Shown piece by piece: positions 6,698 to 16,419 of a DNA stretch of 32,376 nucleotides. The stretch is from a bacterium (GTDB lineage Bacteria > Patescibacteriota > Minisyncoccia > Phycocordibacterales > Phycocordibacteraceae), in the NCBI GenBank assembly GCA_021813965.1, contig JAKAJB010000002.1, positions 1 to 32,376 on the forward strand, written 5' to 3'. The first letter of the stretch is position 1. Each line of letters opens with the position of its first letter. The notes under the pieces are model-generated. The model was not told the DNA's origin. It did not search any database and saw only the letters and a list, made by a program, of their open reading frames with translations. The position numbers were made by a program, and so were the translations under genes.

Positions 6698-8518
6698 ATG
6701 GCACTCCTCGACTTCCTCAGCCGCAAACAGAAAGAAGAAGCTCCGGCGATCACGCCGGTGCTGCCGCGGGATATCTACCGGCAGAGTTCGCTCGATCTCG
6801 TCGATACTATCGCTCCGACCGCGCTCAAGATAGGCTCGCGCGAGCTTGAGCTCGGCGAGAAATTCGTCCGCACCTTCTACACCGTCTCGTATCCGCGTTT
6901 CCTCTCTGACAGCTGGTTCTCGCCGGTCATCGATCTCGACAAAGTGCTCGATGTTTCCATCTTCATCCATCCGGTCGAAACCGAGACCGCACTTCGCAGC
7001 TTCCAGAAAAAGGTCGCCGAGGTCCAGAGCCAGATCAATGAGCGCGAGGCGAAAGGGCTCGTGCGCGACCCGCTCCTGGATACGGCCTACCAGGATCTCG
7101 AGGCCCTGCGCGACAACCTGCAGCAAGCGCAAGAGAAGCTCTTCGACGTAGGTCTCTACCTCGCGCTCTACGGCGACACGAAGGAGGAGATAGCGAAGAC
7201 CGAGGGAGACATCCGCGGCATCCTCGATGCGAAGCTCGTCTATACCAAACCCGCCCTGTTCCAGCAGGAGCAGGGATTCCGCTCGTGCCTCCCGCTCGGA
7301 AGCGACGAATTGCTGGTCAATTCGAAGCTGAATTCCTCGCCGCTCTCGTCCATCTTCCCGTTCGTCTCTTTCGACCTCACGAGCGACCGCGGCATCCTCT
7401 ACGGCATCAACCGCCACAACTCTTCGCTCATCCTCTTCGACCGCTTCTCGCTCGAGAACTACAACTCCGTCGTCTTCGCGAAATCCGGCTCCGGCAAGAG
7501 CTATGCGACCAAGCTCGAAATCCTTCGTTCGCTCATGTTCGGCACGGACGTCATCGTCATCGACCCGGAACGCGAATACGAGCAGCTCGCCGAGGCGACG
7601 GGCGGACGCTCGTTCAACATCTCTCTTTCCTCAGAGAACCACATCAACCCGTTCGACCTCCCGCCGGTGCGGGAAGACGAAGACCCGAAAGACATCCTGC
7701 GCTCCAATATCATCTCGCTCGTCGGCCTCTTCCGCATCATGCTCGGCGGTCTCTCTCCGGAAGAAGACGCTATCGTCGATCGCGCCATCAGCGAGACATA
7801 CGCGCTCAAAGACATCACCGGCGAATCCGATTTCACCGGCGCCGAATCGCCCCTTCTCTCCGATTTCGAGCAGGTGCTCTCCGGCATGGAAGGAAGCGAG
7901 TCCCTGATTGAGCGCCTTTCCAAATACACCCGCGGCACGTGGTCCGGATTCATGAACCAGCCGACCAATATCGACCTCAAGCAGCAGTTCGCGGTATTCT
8001 CCGTGCGCGACATGGAAGACGAGCTGAAGCCGGTCGCTATGTACATCATCACGCACTATATCTGGAACGCCGTGCGCCATGAGATGAAGAAGCGTCTCCT
8101 CATCATCGACGAGGCGTGGTGGATGATGAAGAGCGATGACACCGCCTCATTCCTCTACTCGCTCGCGAAGCGCGGCCGCAAATACTACCTCGGCGTCTGC
8201 ACCATCACGCAGGACGTCGAAGACTTCCTCAAGAGCCCGTACGGCCGCCCGATCCTCACGAACTCCTCGCTGCAGCTGCTTTTGAAGCAGTCGCCGACGA
8301 CCATCGATGTGCTCCAGAAGACGTTCAACCTCACCGACGAAGAGAAATACCTCCTCCTCGAGGCCGGGGTGGGGGAGGGGCTCTTCTTCGCCGGATTGAA
8401 GCACGTCGCCATCAAGGTCGTCGCGAGCTACACGGAAGATCAGATCATCACCTCCGACCCCTCGCAGCTCATGGCGATAAAGCAGGAAAAGAGCCGCTAT
8501 GCCGCCGAGCAGAAGTAG
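6698..8518 (+). CDS. virB4: VirB4-like type IV secretion ATPase
   Basis: Walker A AKSGSGKS, VIDPEREY, INPF, Walker B LLIIDEAW, RGRKY and ITQ motifs. Confidence 0.9.
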   Translation: MALLDFLSRKQKEEAPAITPVLPRDIYRQSSLDLVDTIAPTALKIGSRELELGEKFVRTFYTVSYPRFLSDSWFSPVIDLDKVLDVSIFIHPVETETALRSFQKKVAEVQSQINEREAKGLVRDPLLDTAYQDLEALRDNLQQAQEKLFDVGLYLALYGDTKEEIAKTEGDIRGILDAKLVYTKPALFQQEQGFRSCLPLGSDELLVNSKLNSSPLSSIFPFVSFDLTSDRGILYGINRHNSSLILFDRFSLENYNSVVFAKSGSGKSYATKLEILRSLMFGTDVIVIDPEREYEQLAEATGGRSFNISLSSENHINPFDLPPVREDEDPKDILRSNIISLVGLFRIMLGGLSPEEDAIVDRAISETYALKDITGESDFTGAESPLLSDFEQVLSGMEGSESLIERLSKYTRGTWSGFMNQPTNIDLKQQFAVFSVRDMEDELKPVAMYIITHYIWNAVRHEMKKRLLIIDEAWWMMKSDDTASFLYSLAKRGRKYYLGVCTITQDVEDFLKSPYGRPILTNSSLQLLLKQSPTTIDVLQKTFNLTDEEKYLLLEAGVGEGLFFAGLKHVAIKVVASYTEDQIITSDPSQLMAIKQEKSRYAAEQK

Positions 8519-9263
8519 TGAGAAGCCGCCCGAGGCGATGACCTTGCTGAGAGCGATGCCGGTCATCGCGTTCGCCGGCGTTTTCGATCTCCTCAAGATG
8601 CTTTTCGAGGCGTTCTGGTTCTTCGGGCCGGCACTCGCCGCCGTGTATTGTTCTGCGAAAGTAAACGGGATTTTGACGACTTGGACGGCCGGGTTGCTAG
8701 GGATGAAAACCGCGGCGCTCGCATGCTCCGCGGCTGTTACGGGTGCCGTCGCCGGGGCCACTGTAGTCACCGGCGGGTTGAGTGCGGAAGCAATCGAGGT
8801 ATTCGGCATCATCATGGCGATGGCCGTCGGTTTTCTCGGGAACATCGCCGTCCTGTTTTGGCTCCTTGCGAAGAATCCTCGTATTTTCAAAGCGAATGAG
8901 CGTGCGGCGTTATGGTTCGGCGGCAGCTTCCTGGTAAGCGAATTGCCGTTCATCGGGGCGTTCCCTGCATTATCAGTGACGCTCTGGAGGATGTACAAGA
9001 AACAGATACAAGCTGACGCCGCGGCTCATGCGGCATGGAAACGGAAAAGTGCGCAAGACGCGGCGGCGCGCGTCCAGGAAAGACAGCAGCAGGCGGCGGG
9101 GCTTATGCAGGCCAATGCTATCCGTGCCGACCAGATGCAGCAACAAGCCGCGAATGACGCTCAGTATGCCGCGCAAGAGCAGGAAGCGACGGAGCGAGAA
9201 AATGCTGAGGTCGATGCTGCAAATGATGCGCAGTATACCCAAAACTTCGCTGACGCAGCGTAG
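8499..9263 (+). CDS. Multi-TM membrane protein with Q/A-rich coiled C-tail (start may be 8538)
   Basis: Hydrophobic N-terminal two thirds; overlaps the virB4 stop. Confidence 0.7.
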   Translation: MPPSRSSEKPPEAMTLLRAMPVIAFAGVFDLLKMLFEAFWFFGPALAAVYCSAKVNGILTTWTAGLLGMKTAALACSAAVTGAVAGATVVTGGLSAEAIEVFGIIMAMAVGFLGNIAVLFWLLAKNPRIFKANERAALWFGGSFLVSELPFIGAFPALSVTLWRMYKKQIQADAAAHAAWKRKSAQDAAARVQERQQQAAGLMQANAIRADQMQQQAANDAQYAAQEQEATERENAEVDAANDAQYTQNFADAA

Positions 9264-9292
9264 CGGCCGCGTCCAGGTTGTATACTATTTAC

Positions 9293-10291
9293 ATGCGCTT
9301 CGGATTCTTCACTGTGTGTGCGGTCGCCCTCTTCATCCCGATAGCGGCATCGGCGCAATCGATCGGCGGCACGACAGGGGGCGGCGCTCCTTCGTTTACG
9401 ATTTCGGTGTCCCCGCAGTACCCGGCGCCCAATAGCCAAGCATCCATCTCCTTCTTGTCTTCCTCGCTCGATCTCGCTAATGCGACCGTCTCGGTCTCGG
9501 TCGACGGTAAGAAAATCTACACCGGGACCGCGCAACCGGTTTCAATCCCTCTCGGAAGAGGGGGGAGCGCCACATCGGTCTCCGTGGATGTTTCCTCAGG
9601 TGGCAGCACCTATACCCAGTCGGTGTCGCTGCAGCCGCAGGATGTCTCTCTTATCGCCGAGCCGGTCGCATCCGCGCCGATACTCTATCCCGGCAAACCG
9701 CTTGTTCCTATCGAAGGCGATGTGCGCATCGTCGCTGTGGCGGCTTTGAGAGACGCAGGAGGGAAGATATACGACCCTGCAACGCTTTCCTACGTATGGA
9801 CGGTCGACGGCTCTCAGATAACGAACGCTTCCGGTATCGGGAAAGAAGCGCTTATGGTGGCCTCGCCGCTTCAGTACCGCGGACGATCTGTCTCGGTCGT
9901 CGTACAGAACCAGGCCGGAAATCTCGTCGGCGGCGCGGAGCTCTCCCTATCGGCCGCAGAGCCGTCGGTACGCATCTACGCGAATGACCCGCTCCTCGGC
10001 ATCCTCTATGACCATGCGCTCACCGGGGCCTATGCCATCACCGGCGCGGAGGCTGATCTGTACGCGGCGCCGTTCTCTTTCCCGCTCACCGGCGGTGCGC
10101 CTTCGCTCGAATGGTTCCTGAACGGCGCTCCCGCACAGTCAGGCGGTTCCCTGACGCTCCGGCCGACCGGGACCGGGCAAGGGAATGCAGCTTTGACGCT
10201 TACGTCGTCCGCCGGCACCTCCGCCGAAGCGACTGCGAACCTCTCTCTGTCCTTCGGCGCTGCACAGAATACTAACCTCTTCGGCCTATGA
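9293..10291 (+). CDS. Secreted beta-rich (Ig/PKD-like) protein
   Basis: Signal peptide ending ASA-Q, YVWTVDG and LEWFLNG Ig-like strands. ATG lies 6 nt after TATACT. Confidence 0.75.
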   Translation: MRFGFFTVCAVALFIPIAASAQSIGGTTGGGAPSFTISVSPQYPAPNSQASISFLSSSLDLANATVSVSVDGKKIYTGTAQPVSIPLGRGGSATSVSVDVSSGGSTYTQSVSLQPQDVSLIAEPVASAPILYPGKPLVPIEGDVRIVAVAALRDAGGKIYDPATLSYVWTVDGSQITNASGIGKEALMVASPLQYRGRSVSVVVQNQAGNLVGGAELSLSAAEPSVRIYANDPLLGILYDHALTGAYAITGAEADLYAAPFSFPLTGGAPSLEWFLNGAPAQSGGSLTLRPTGTGQGNAALTLTSSAGTSAEATANLSLSFGAAQNTNLFGL

Positions 10292-11277
10292 AAAAGATCT
10301 TCTTTGCGATTATCCTTGTTGCAAGTATGGCTGTAACCGGGGCTGGGATTGTATATGCAGATACTGCGACTGACGTGGCCAATGCCACCGCCGCACAGAA
10401 CGCCTGTCTTGCTAACGGCAACTCGGCGGCACAATGCCAGGCTGCATATGATGCTTACATGGCCACCGCTGCCTATAACGCATGTATCGCAAGCGGCAAT
10501 ACTGATGCTCAATGCCAGACAGCTTCGAGCGCGTATACTGCCGGCACGAATAATACGGCAAATACGGCTGCATCGCCGTCAACGAGCGCGCAGAGCGGCT
10601 TCACCGCGCTCGCGCCTATCCCCGGCCTCACCGATCAGAGCGCGACGAGCGTCATGAACGCGACGACGCTCGCAAACTTCTTCAACAACCTCTACAAATA
10701 CCTCATCGGTCTCGCGGCGATACTCGCGATTGTCGAGATCATCTGGGGCGGGCTTGAGATATCGACGAAAGATTCTGTCAGCAAACAGAGCGACGGGAGA
10801 GAACGCATCACTCAGGCGATCTTCGGCCTGGTCCTCGTCCTCTCGCCGGTCCTCGTCTTCTCGATCATCAACCCGAATATCCTGAATCTCTCACTCAACC
10901 TCCCGGCACTCGATACGCTATCTGCCAAAAACAGCGCTCCGACTACAGACACGACTACCATCACCCAGCAAAACAACGTCGATATCGGAGCGGCTATCGC
11001 GCAAGCTCAACAACAATGCAGGGATAAAGGGGGTACTCCCGTCACTGATTCAGGGAGTATCGCCGGAGGGACGTTCAAAGTGACCTGCGATATGACTGCG
11101 ACAGCGCCGGTTGGAACGCAGATAACTCAGCAGCAATGTCTCAATCTGATACCGAAAGGTACCATTTTCATGGGTTTCACCTGCAGCTCGGAACCAGCAA
11201 GTGCGACCAGCTTCCAAAAAGCCGGCAGCTACACCTGCAGTGACCTCGTCGGCGGCGGGGTATGCTTCCATAAATAG
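10288..11277 (+). CDS. T4SS pilin-like (TrbC/VirB2-like core) protein with Cys-rich flanking modules
   Basis: Signal peptide. Core FFNNLYKYLIGLAAILAIVEIIWGG…GRERITQAIFGLVLVL…INPNIL is typical of CPR pilin-like proteins. Confidence 0.75.
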   Translation: MKKIFFAIILVASMAVTGAGIVYADTATDVANATAAQNACLANGNSAAQCQAAYDAYMATAAYNACIASGNTDAQCQTASSAYTAGTNNTANTAASPSTSAQSGFTALAPIPGLTDQSATSVMNATTLANFFNNLYKYLIGLAAILAIVEIIWGGLEISTKDSVSKQSDGRERITQAIFGLVLVLSPVLVFSIINPNILNLSLNLPALDTLSAKNSAPTTDTTTITQQNNVDIGAAIAQAQQQCRDKGGTPVTDSGSIAGGTFKVTCDMTATAPVGTQITQQQCLNLIPKGTIFMGFTCSSEPASATSFQKAGSYTCSDLVGGGVCFHK

Positions 11278-11279
11278 CT

Positions 11280-12494
11280 ATGCGCCGCACGCTCATCATC
11301 ACCGCCATCGTCGTCCTCCTTCTGGGGGCGAGTATCGCCGCCTACTTCTATGCCTCGTCCGGCACGGCGACGGTCGCGGTGGCACCCGCCGGGAGCGCGA
11401 GCCTGCCGGTCGCCGGGCAGACAGCGCCGGGTACGATTAGCACGGCGAACACCGAGCCGAGCCTCGCTCCCGGGGCACCGAGCGCTCCGGTGAGCGTCTC
11501 CGCGCGACTGGTGCAGATAAGCACCGGACCGATCGTCCCGGGCGAGTCCGTCGTCGACACGAAAGCGGCGGACGCAAGCTCGTCGCCTGAAGTCACTGTC
11601 AATTACATCGAGCGCGCGAGCGGCAACGTCTTTTCATACGCCAGCCCGAGCGGCACGCTCACCCGCATCAATAACCGGACGATTCCCGGCATCCAATCAG
11701 CCGCATGGCTGCCGGACGGCATGACAGCGTATGTGCGCTACCTCTCCGGAAGCGATTTCTCCACCATCAACACGTACGCGCTTTCGGCGGCAAGCTCTAC
11801 CGGATTCTTCCTGCCTCAGGATCTCGCTGATGTGTCGGTGTCCGCGGCGGGGCTCCTCACTCTCGCGTCAGGAGGGAACGGTTCCGCCGTCTCCTTGAGC
11901 CGTACCGACGGGACTCGCTCGACAACCCTTTTCACGACGCCGCTCAGCAGCATTCGCACATCTTTTGCAGGCAAAAATCAGTATCTCGTGTTTTCGAAGC
12001 CGGCGGCGTCGCTCGCCGGAGACGCATTCCTCGTCGATAGCGCCGGGCGCTTCTCGCGAATCGCAGGTCCTTTGAACGGGCTCGTCGCCCTTCCCAGCCC
12101 GTCAGGGAAGTGGGTGTTGGTGAGCTACACTCAGAACGGCGCTATGCAGATGGAGCTCATCAATACCGCAACCGACACGACGCTCCCGCTCCCGCTCGCG
12201 ACCATCGCCGATAAGTGCGTGTGGGCCGCTGATGATTCTTCGATCTATTGCGGCATCCCGATGAGCCCGAGCGCCAATTACGCATACCCGGATGACTGGT
12301 ATCAGGGCGCGGCGCATTTCTCAGACCGCATATGGAAGATAGACGTCGCCGGACGCTATGAGCAGCTCGTTCTGGATTTCTCCCAAGCGAATAAAGGGGA
12401 TCTCGACGCCGAAGCTCTTGCTTTGGATCCTGCGAAGTCGCTCCTCGTGTTCATTAACAAGAACGACGGTTCGCTCTGGAGTTATTCGCTCTAG
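11280..12494 (+). CDS. Membrane-anchored beta-propeller (TolB-like) protein
   Basis: N-terminal TM, Pro/Ala linker, WLPDG and PSPSGKW blades, KCVW…IYCGIP…PDDWYQG…SDRIWK. Confidence 0.75.
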   Translation: MRRTLIITAIVVLLLGASIAAYFYASSGTATVAVAPAGSASLPVAGQTAPGTISTANTEPSLAPGAPSAPVSVSARLVQISTGPIVPGESVVDTKAADASSSPEVTVNYIERASGNVFSYASPSGTLTRINNRTIPGIQSAAWLPDGMTAYVRYLSGSDFSTINTYALSAASSTGFFLPQDLADVSVSAAGLLTLASGGNGSAVSLSRTDGTRSTTLFTTPLSSIRTSFAGKNQYLVFSKPAASLAGDAFLVDSAGRFSRIAGPLNGLVALPSPSGKWVLVSYTQNGAMQMELINTATDTTLPLPLATIADKCVWAADDSSIYCGIPMSPSANYAYPDDWYQGAAHFSDRIWKIDVAGRYEQLVLDFSQANKGDLDAEALALDPAKSLLVFINKNDGSLWSYSL

Positions 12495-12545
12495 ATTTAT
12501 CGGCCCCGCACGTCATGCGGCGAAGCCGGGAATCTGGCTGTAGCG

Positions 12546-13286
12546 TCAGGCGCTTTCTAGCTCAGAAACTTCTTCAGCGATCGTGCGGCGGACATGCCAT
12601 TCTTGCGCCGCGCCGACGAGATTCGTCGTGATGAAGTAGAGGCCGACCGCGCCGGAGGTCGTGTAGGAAATGGTCGCAATAAGGAACGGGAAGACGTATT
12701 TCAGTTGCATGCCGATGATCTTCTGGAAATCACCCTGCTTCGCGCCGGGAGCGGGTTTCATGGAGCCTGAGAGCGCCATATGCGCCTGGAGAAGCTGTGT
12801 AAGCCCCGCACAGACTGCTAAGAAGAGGCTTTTGCCGGCGACAGAGATGATGCCGAGGAACTCGAGCGAAATGGCGTGCGGCACCGGGGTGAAAGAATAC
12901 AGCCGAAGAGCGTTGATGGCCGGGAACGGCTCATAGGTGAAGACCCAGTAGAGCGCTAGAAGGATTGGGATCTGTATGAAAGCGGTAAGGATGCTCGCGA
13001 ACGGGTTCACCTCAGCCTCTTTGTAGAGCGCGAGGGTTTCGACCGCCTCGCGCTCTTTATCGTCTTTATAGGTCTCTTTAAGGGCTTTTATCTTCGGCTC
13101 GAGTATCTTCATCGCCCGCTGAGTGCGGGCCGCTGAGAGCGAGAAGGGGAGGAGGATGAGCCGGATGGCGATAGTAAGGAGGATAATGGCGATACCCACA
13201 TCAGAGCCTGGTACGAGCGCCACGAGCGCCACGAGCGCGTTATAGATCGGATTATAGAAAGCGGTGTGGAAAAGTGCCGATATCAC
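12546..13286 (-). CDS. yidC: Membrane protein insertase YidC/Oxa1
   Basis: DVGIAIILLTIAIRLILLP…YKE.EVNPF…IQIPIL; conserved position after rnpA. Confidence 0.92.
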   Translation of the reverse strand: MISALFHTAFYNPIYNALVALVALVPGSDVGIAIILLTIAIRLILLPFSLSAARTQRAMKILEPKIKALKETYKDDKEREAVETLALYKEAEVNPFASILTAFIQIPILLALYWVFTYEPFPAINALRLYSFTPVPHAISLEFLGIISVAGKSLFLAVCAGLTQLLQAHMALSGSMKPAPGAKQGDFQKIIGMQLKYVFPFLIATISYTTSGAVGLYFITTNLVGAAQEWHVRRTIAEEVSELESA

Positions 13287-13297
13287 AGAAGGATTGG

Positions 13298-13609
13298 TTA
13301 GGTGTTGATTTTTGAAAGAAGACCGCCCAGTTCTGTCCTCAAGTCTTGGTAGTGTACACCACTCGCCGACGCGCGGGGAAACACGATGAGCGCGGGGGGA
13401 AGCCGGAGCGTCTTAAGCGCCTCAAAAATCTGTCGTTTCAGCCGGTGCCGCCCGGATGAGAGGCGGACTACTTTCTTGGGGATAATGACAGCGTATCCGC
13501 GCATTTCCTCGGGAACGACGAGCATAAAATGCTCCGAAGAGAACCTGCGGCCGCGTTTGAGCGCCGCGGGGAACTGCTCACGGGAGAGTCGTTCTCGACG
13601 GGAGAACAC
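13298..13609 (-). CDS. rnpA: Ribonuclease P protein component
   Basis: RL…F…KRGRR and VIIPKKV…RHRLKRQI (RNR-like motif); lies between rpmH and yidC. Confidence 0.88.
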   Translation of the reverse strand: MFSRRERLSREQFPAALKRGRRFSSEHFMLVVPEEMRGYAVIIPKKVVRLSSGRHRLKRQIFEALKTLRLPPALIVFPRASASGVHYQDLRTELGGLLSKINT

Positions 13610-13615
13610 GGGAAA

Positions 13616-13756
13616 TCAGACGGCGAGGCTCGCTCGGCCGACGCGGCGGCGCTTCTGGAGGATTTTCTTGCCGGAAGCCGTTGCGGTACGCGCCAAAAAG
13701 CCGTGCGTCGTGGCGCGCTTCTTCTTTTTCGGCTGGTAGGTTCTTTTCGTGGCCAT
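13616..13756 (-). CDS. rpmH: 50S ribosomal protein L34 (46 aa; not in the ORF track)
   Basis: [46 protein letters not shown]. Confidence 0.95.
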   Translation of the reverse strand: MATKRTYQPKKKKRATTHGFLARTATASGKKILQKRRRVGRASLAV

Positions 13757-13853
13757 ACGTGATGGAATTAGGTTGTACACATGATACTAACAGTTTCCCC
13801 GCGAAACGCCAGTGTGCGGCTGATTCCGAATAAGCGTATACTCCGAGGTACGT

Positions 13854-15203
13854 ATGGATAAAAGCAATCCGAAAGAGCTTTGGGAGCATATCCTGACACA
13901 AGTCGAGCTTTCTATTTCACCCGCCAACTTCAATACGTGGTTCCGAAACAGCTTCATCGTGAAGATAGATGACGGGGTGGTATATGTGGGTGTACCGAGT
14001 CAATTCTTCAAGGATTGGTTCTTGAAGAAATTCAATACGCTTCTCCTGAAGATCGTCCGGGATGTTTCCTATGAGTTCCGCAATATCGAGTATCTCATCG
14101 TGAAAGACGAGCATCGCAAGGTGCCGAAGGAGAATAAGACCGTCCGCGGTGCGCTTGAGCTGCCGCTTGAGGAGTTTTATATCAATAAGAGCGATAACCT
14201 CAACCCCCGGTACACTTTCGAGACGTTCGTCATCGGCTCGTTCAATAATCTCGCGTATGCAGCCGCACAAGCGGCTCTCAGCCGTCCCGGCATCACCTAT
14301 AACCCTCTTTTCATCTACGGCGATACCGGCCGCGGAAAAACTCATCTCATCCAAGCGATCGGTAATCAGTTCAAGAAACAATACCAAGGGAGGAAAGTCT
14401 TTTATCTCACTTCGGAAAAATTCGCTGTCGATTATACCGACTCTGTCCAAGCCGGGACGGCGAACCGGTTTAAGGATAAATATCGCCAGTATGATCTTCT
14501 TATTATGGACGATGTGCAATTCCTCTCTAAGAAAGATAAGACTCAGGAAGAGCTCTTCCATCTCTTCAACGCGCTATACGATACGAACAAACAGATCATC
14601 TTCTCTTCTGATCGTTCTCCGGCATCTATTCCGGATATCGCTGAGCGATTGAAAGGGCGCCTGGCGAGCGGTATGGCGGTCGATATCAGTGAACCTGATC
14701 CGGAATCGCGTATGGCTATCGTCCAAAAAAAGGCGGCATTACACGGTATCATCCTCTCCGATGAGGTTATCGAGTATGTTGCGACGACGCTGTCAGGCTC
14801 TATCCGCGAATTGGAGGGTATGGTGAATAGTATCGTCTGTCATGCGCAGGTGAAGGGGTCCGCGCCGGATATCGCCGAGGTGCGCCAATCGCTCCGTTCA
14901 TTCACTCGCCCTCAGAAGAATATCTCTGTGAAGAATGTCGTCGATAAAGTCGCTGAATTCTACGGTATCGATGAGGAGAGCATCTATGAAAAGACCCGGA
15001 GGAGGGAAGTGGTGCGGCCGCGGCAGATCATCATGTACCTTCTGCGTGAGGATTTTAATATCTCATACCCGACGATAGGTTCGAAGCTCGGCGGCCGCGA
15101 TCATACGACCGTTATCCACTCCTGCGAGAAGATAAAACGCGAAGTAGTTGTGGATAGCGAGCTCTCAAAGGAGATACAGAATATCCGTACGCTTCTTGTG
15201 TAG
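13854..15203 (+). CDS. dnaA: Chromosomal replication initiator DnaA
   Basis: LNPRYTFETFVIG, YNPLFIYGDTGRGKTH, DDVQFL, RELEG and GGRDHTTVIHS motifs. Confidence 0.98.
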   Translation: MDKSNPKELWEHILTQVELSISPANFNTWFRNSFIVKIDDGVVYVGVPSQFFKDWFLKKFNTLLLKIVRDVSYEFRNIEYLIVKDEHRKVPKENKTVRGALELPLEEFYINKSDNLNPRYTFETFVIGSFNNLAYAAAQAALSRPGITYNPLFIYGDTGRGKTHLIQAIGNQFKKQYQGRKVFYLTSEKFAVDYTDSVQAGTANRFKDKYRQYDLLIMDDVQFLSKKDKTQEELFHLFNALYDTNKQIIFSSDRSPASIPDIAERLKGRLASGMAVDISEPDPESRMAIVQKKAALHGIILSDEVIEYVATTLSGSIRELEGMVNSIVCHAQVKGSAPDIAEVRQSLRSFTRPQKNISVKNVVDKVAEFYGIDEESIYEKTRRREVVRPRQIIMYLLREDFNISYPTIGSKLGGRDHTTVIHSCEKIKREVVVDSELSKEIQNIRTLLV

Positions 15204-15315
15204 CCTTTATGGAGTACTTATCAACAACTTCTGTTTCGAAGAAAACACCTACAGTACAATCGTTATATAGCTTTTTTCGCCTATCCCCATTACCAACACC
15301 CTTAATAAGAATCGT
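15204..15315. promoter_or_regulatory. Putative oriC (dnaA-dnaN intergenic)
   Basis: DnaA-box-like TTATCAACA (15218-15226); tandem CTATCCCCA/TTACCAACA (15281-15298), then CCCT and TAATAAGAAT. Further near-boxes at 15112 and 15149. Confidence 0.7.
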
Positions 15316-16416
15316 ATGAATATTTCCATCGAAAAAAAAGAATTCTCTGAGGCTGTGCATATCGTCTCACGGTTCGCTGACAGGAAGAGTGCGACGCTCC
15401 CTGCGCTATCTTCAGTTCTTCTTATCGCCGGAGATGAGGGTATCAAGCTTCGTGCCACGAATCTTGAGACCGGCATCGATTTGAAGCTTACAGGGAAAAT
15501 AACGACTGACGGCGTCGTCGCGATCCCTGCGACTATCCTGCAACAGATAGCGAGTGCGTTCACTCAAGATGGGAATATCACCCTCGAGCACACCGGTGAC
15601 ACTCTTATGCTTACGAGCGGGACAGGAAAAAGCTCTATCAAGACCGTGCCGTATGATGATTTCCCCTCAATCCCTTTTCCTGAGAATCCTAAAAATCGCA
15701 TCATCCTCCCCGGCATCCTTCTAAAGAATCTTTTCACGACGATAACATCTTGTGCCTCGACCTCAACGGTCCGCCCGGAGCTCTCCAGCATCTATCTCTC
15801 GATAGAGGGCGGTATCCTTACCGCAGTCGCGACAGATTCTTTCCGGCTCGCTGAGAAAAAAGTACCCCTCTCCAATAAGGGGACGCAAGGGAAATTCCTT
15901 ATCCCGGCCAAAAATGCGCTCGATATCGCACAAGCACTCCCTGATGATGAGATAATCATGTCGTTCGACGAGCATCAGTGTGCGTTTGTGAGCGAGAAGG
16001 GTATGGTGGTATCACGGCTCACTAATGCGATCTATCCGGATTACCGGCAGATTATTCCGAAAGAATCAATCGTCGAAGCGGTGATCCTCAGAAAAGATTT
16101 CGAGACTGCCCTCAAACGGACAACAATCTTCTCCGACGCGTTCCAAAAAATACGCATAAGTTTCGATGCAAAAAAGAATCTTTTCTCATTCTTCGCTCGG
16201 AATGTTGACATAGGAGAATCAGTCGAAACGCTCCCGGCACGCATATCAGGAAGTGAGCTTGAACTTTCGTTCAATCATCGGTATCTCGCCGCAGTGCTCT
16301 CTCTCACGAATGCGGAAAGCCTCTCGCTCACCGCATCGGGTATAGGTCGCCCGCTCATCATCAAGGGCGTAGGAGATACCTCGCTCCTCTATCTCGTATC
16401 CCCGATGAATCAATAA
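15316..16416 (+). CDS. dnaN: DNA polymerase III beta clamp
   Basis: LRATNLE, VATDSFRLA, YPDYRQIIP and FNHRYL…LVSPM motifs; follows dnaA. Confidence 0.96.
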   Translation: MNISIEKKEFSEAVHIVSRFADRKSATLPALSSVLLIAGDEGIKLRATNLETGIDLKLTGKITTDGVVAIPATILQQIASAFTQDGNITLEHTGDTLMLTSGTGKSSIKTVPYDDFPSIPFPENPKNRIILPGILLKNLFTTITSCASTSTVRPELSSIYLSIEGGILTAVATDSFRLAEKKVPLSNKGTQGKFLIPAKNALDIAQALPDDEIIMSFDEHQCAFVSEKGMVVSRLTNAIYPDYRQIIPKESIVEAVILRKDFETALKRTTIFSDAFQKIRISFDAKKNLFSFFARNVDIGESVETLPARISGSELELSFNHRYLAAVLSLTNAESLSLTASGIGRPLIIKGVGDTSLLYLVSPMNQ

Positions 16417-16419
16417 TTC

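Noticed and set aside
5574-12494. Integrative conjugative element or prophage
   Set aside because: No integrase, relaxase, att repeats or phage genes; the cluster sits among core genes.
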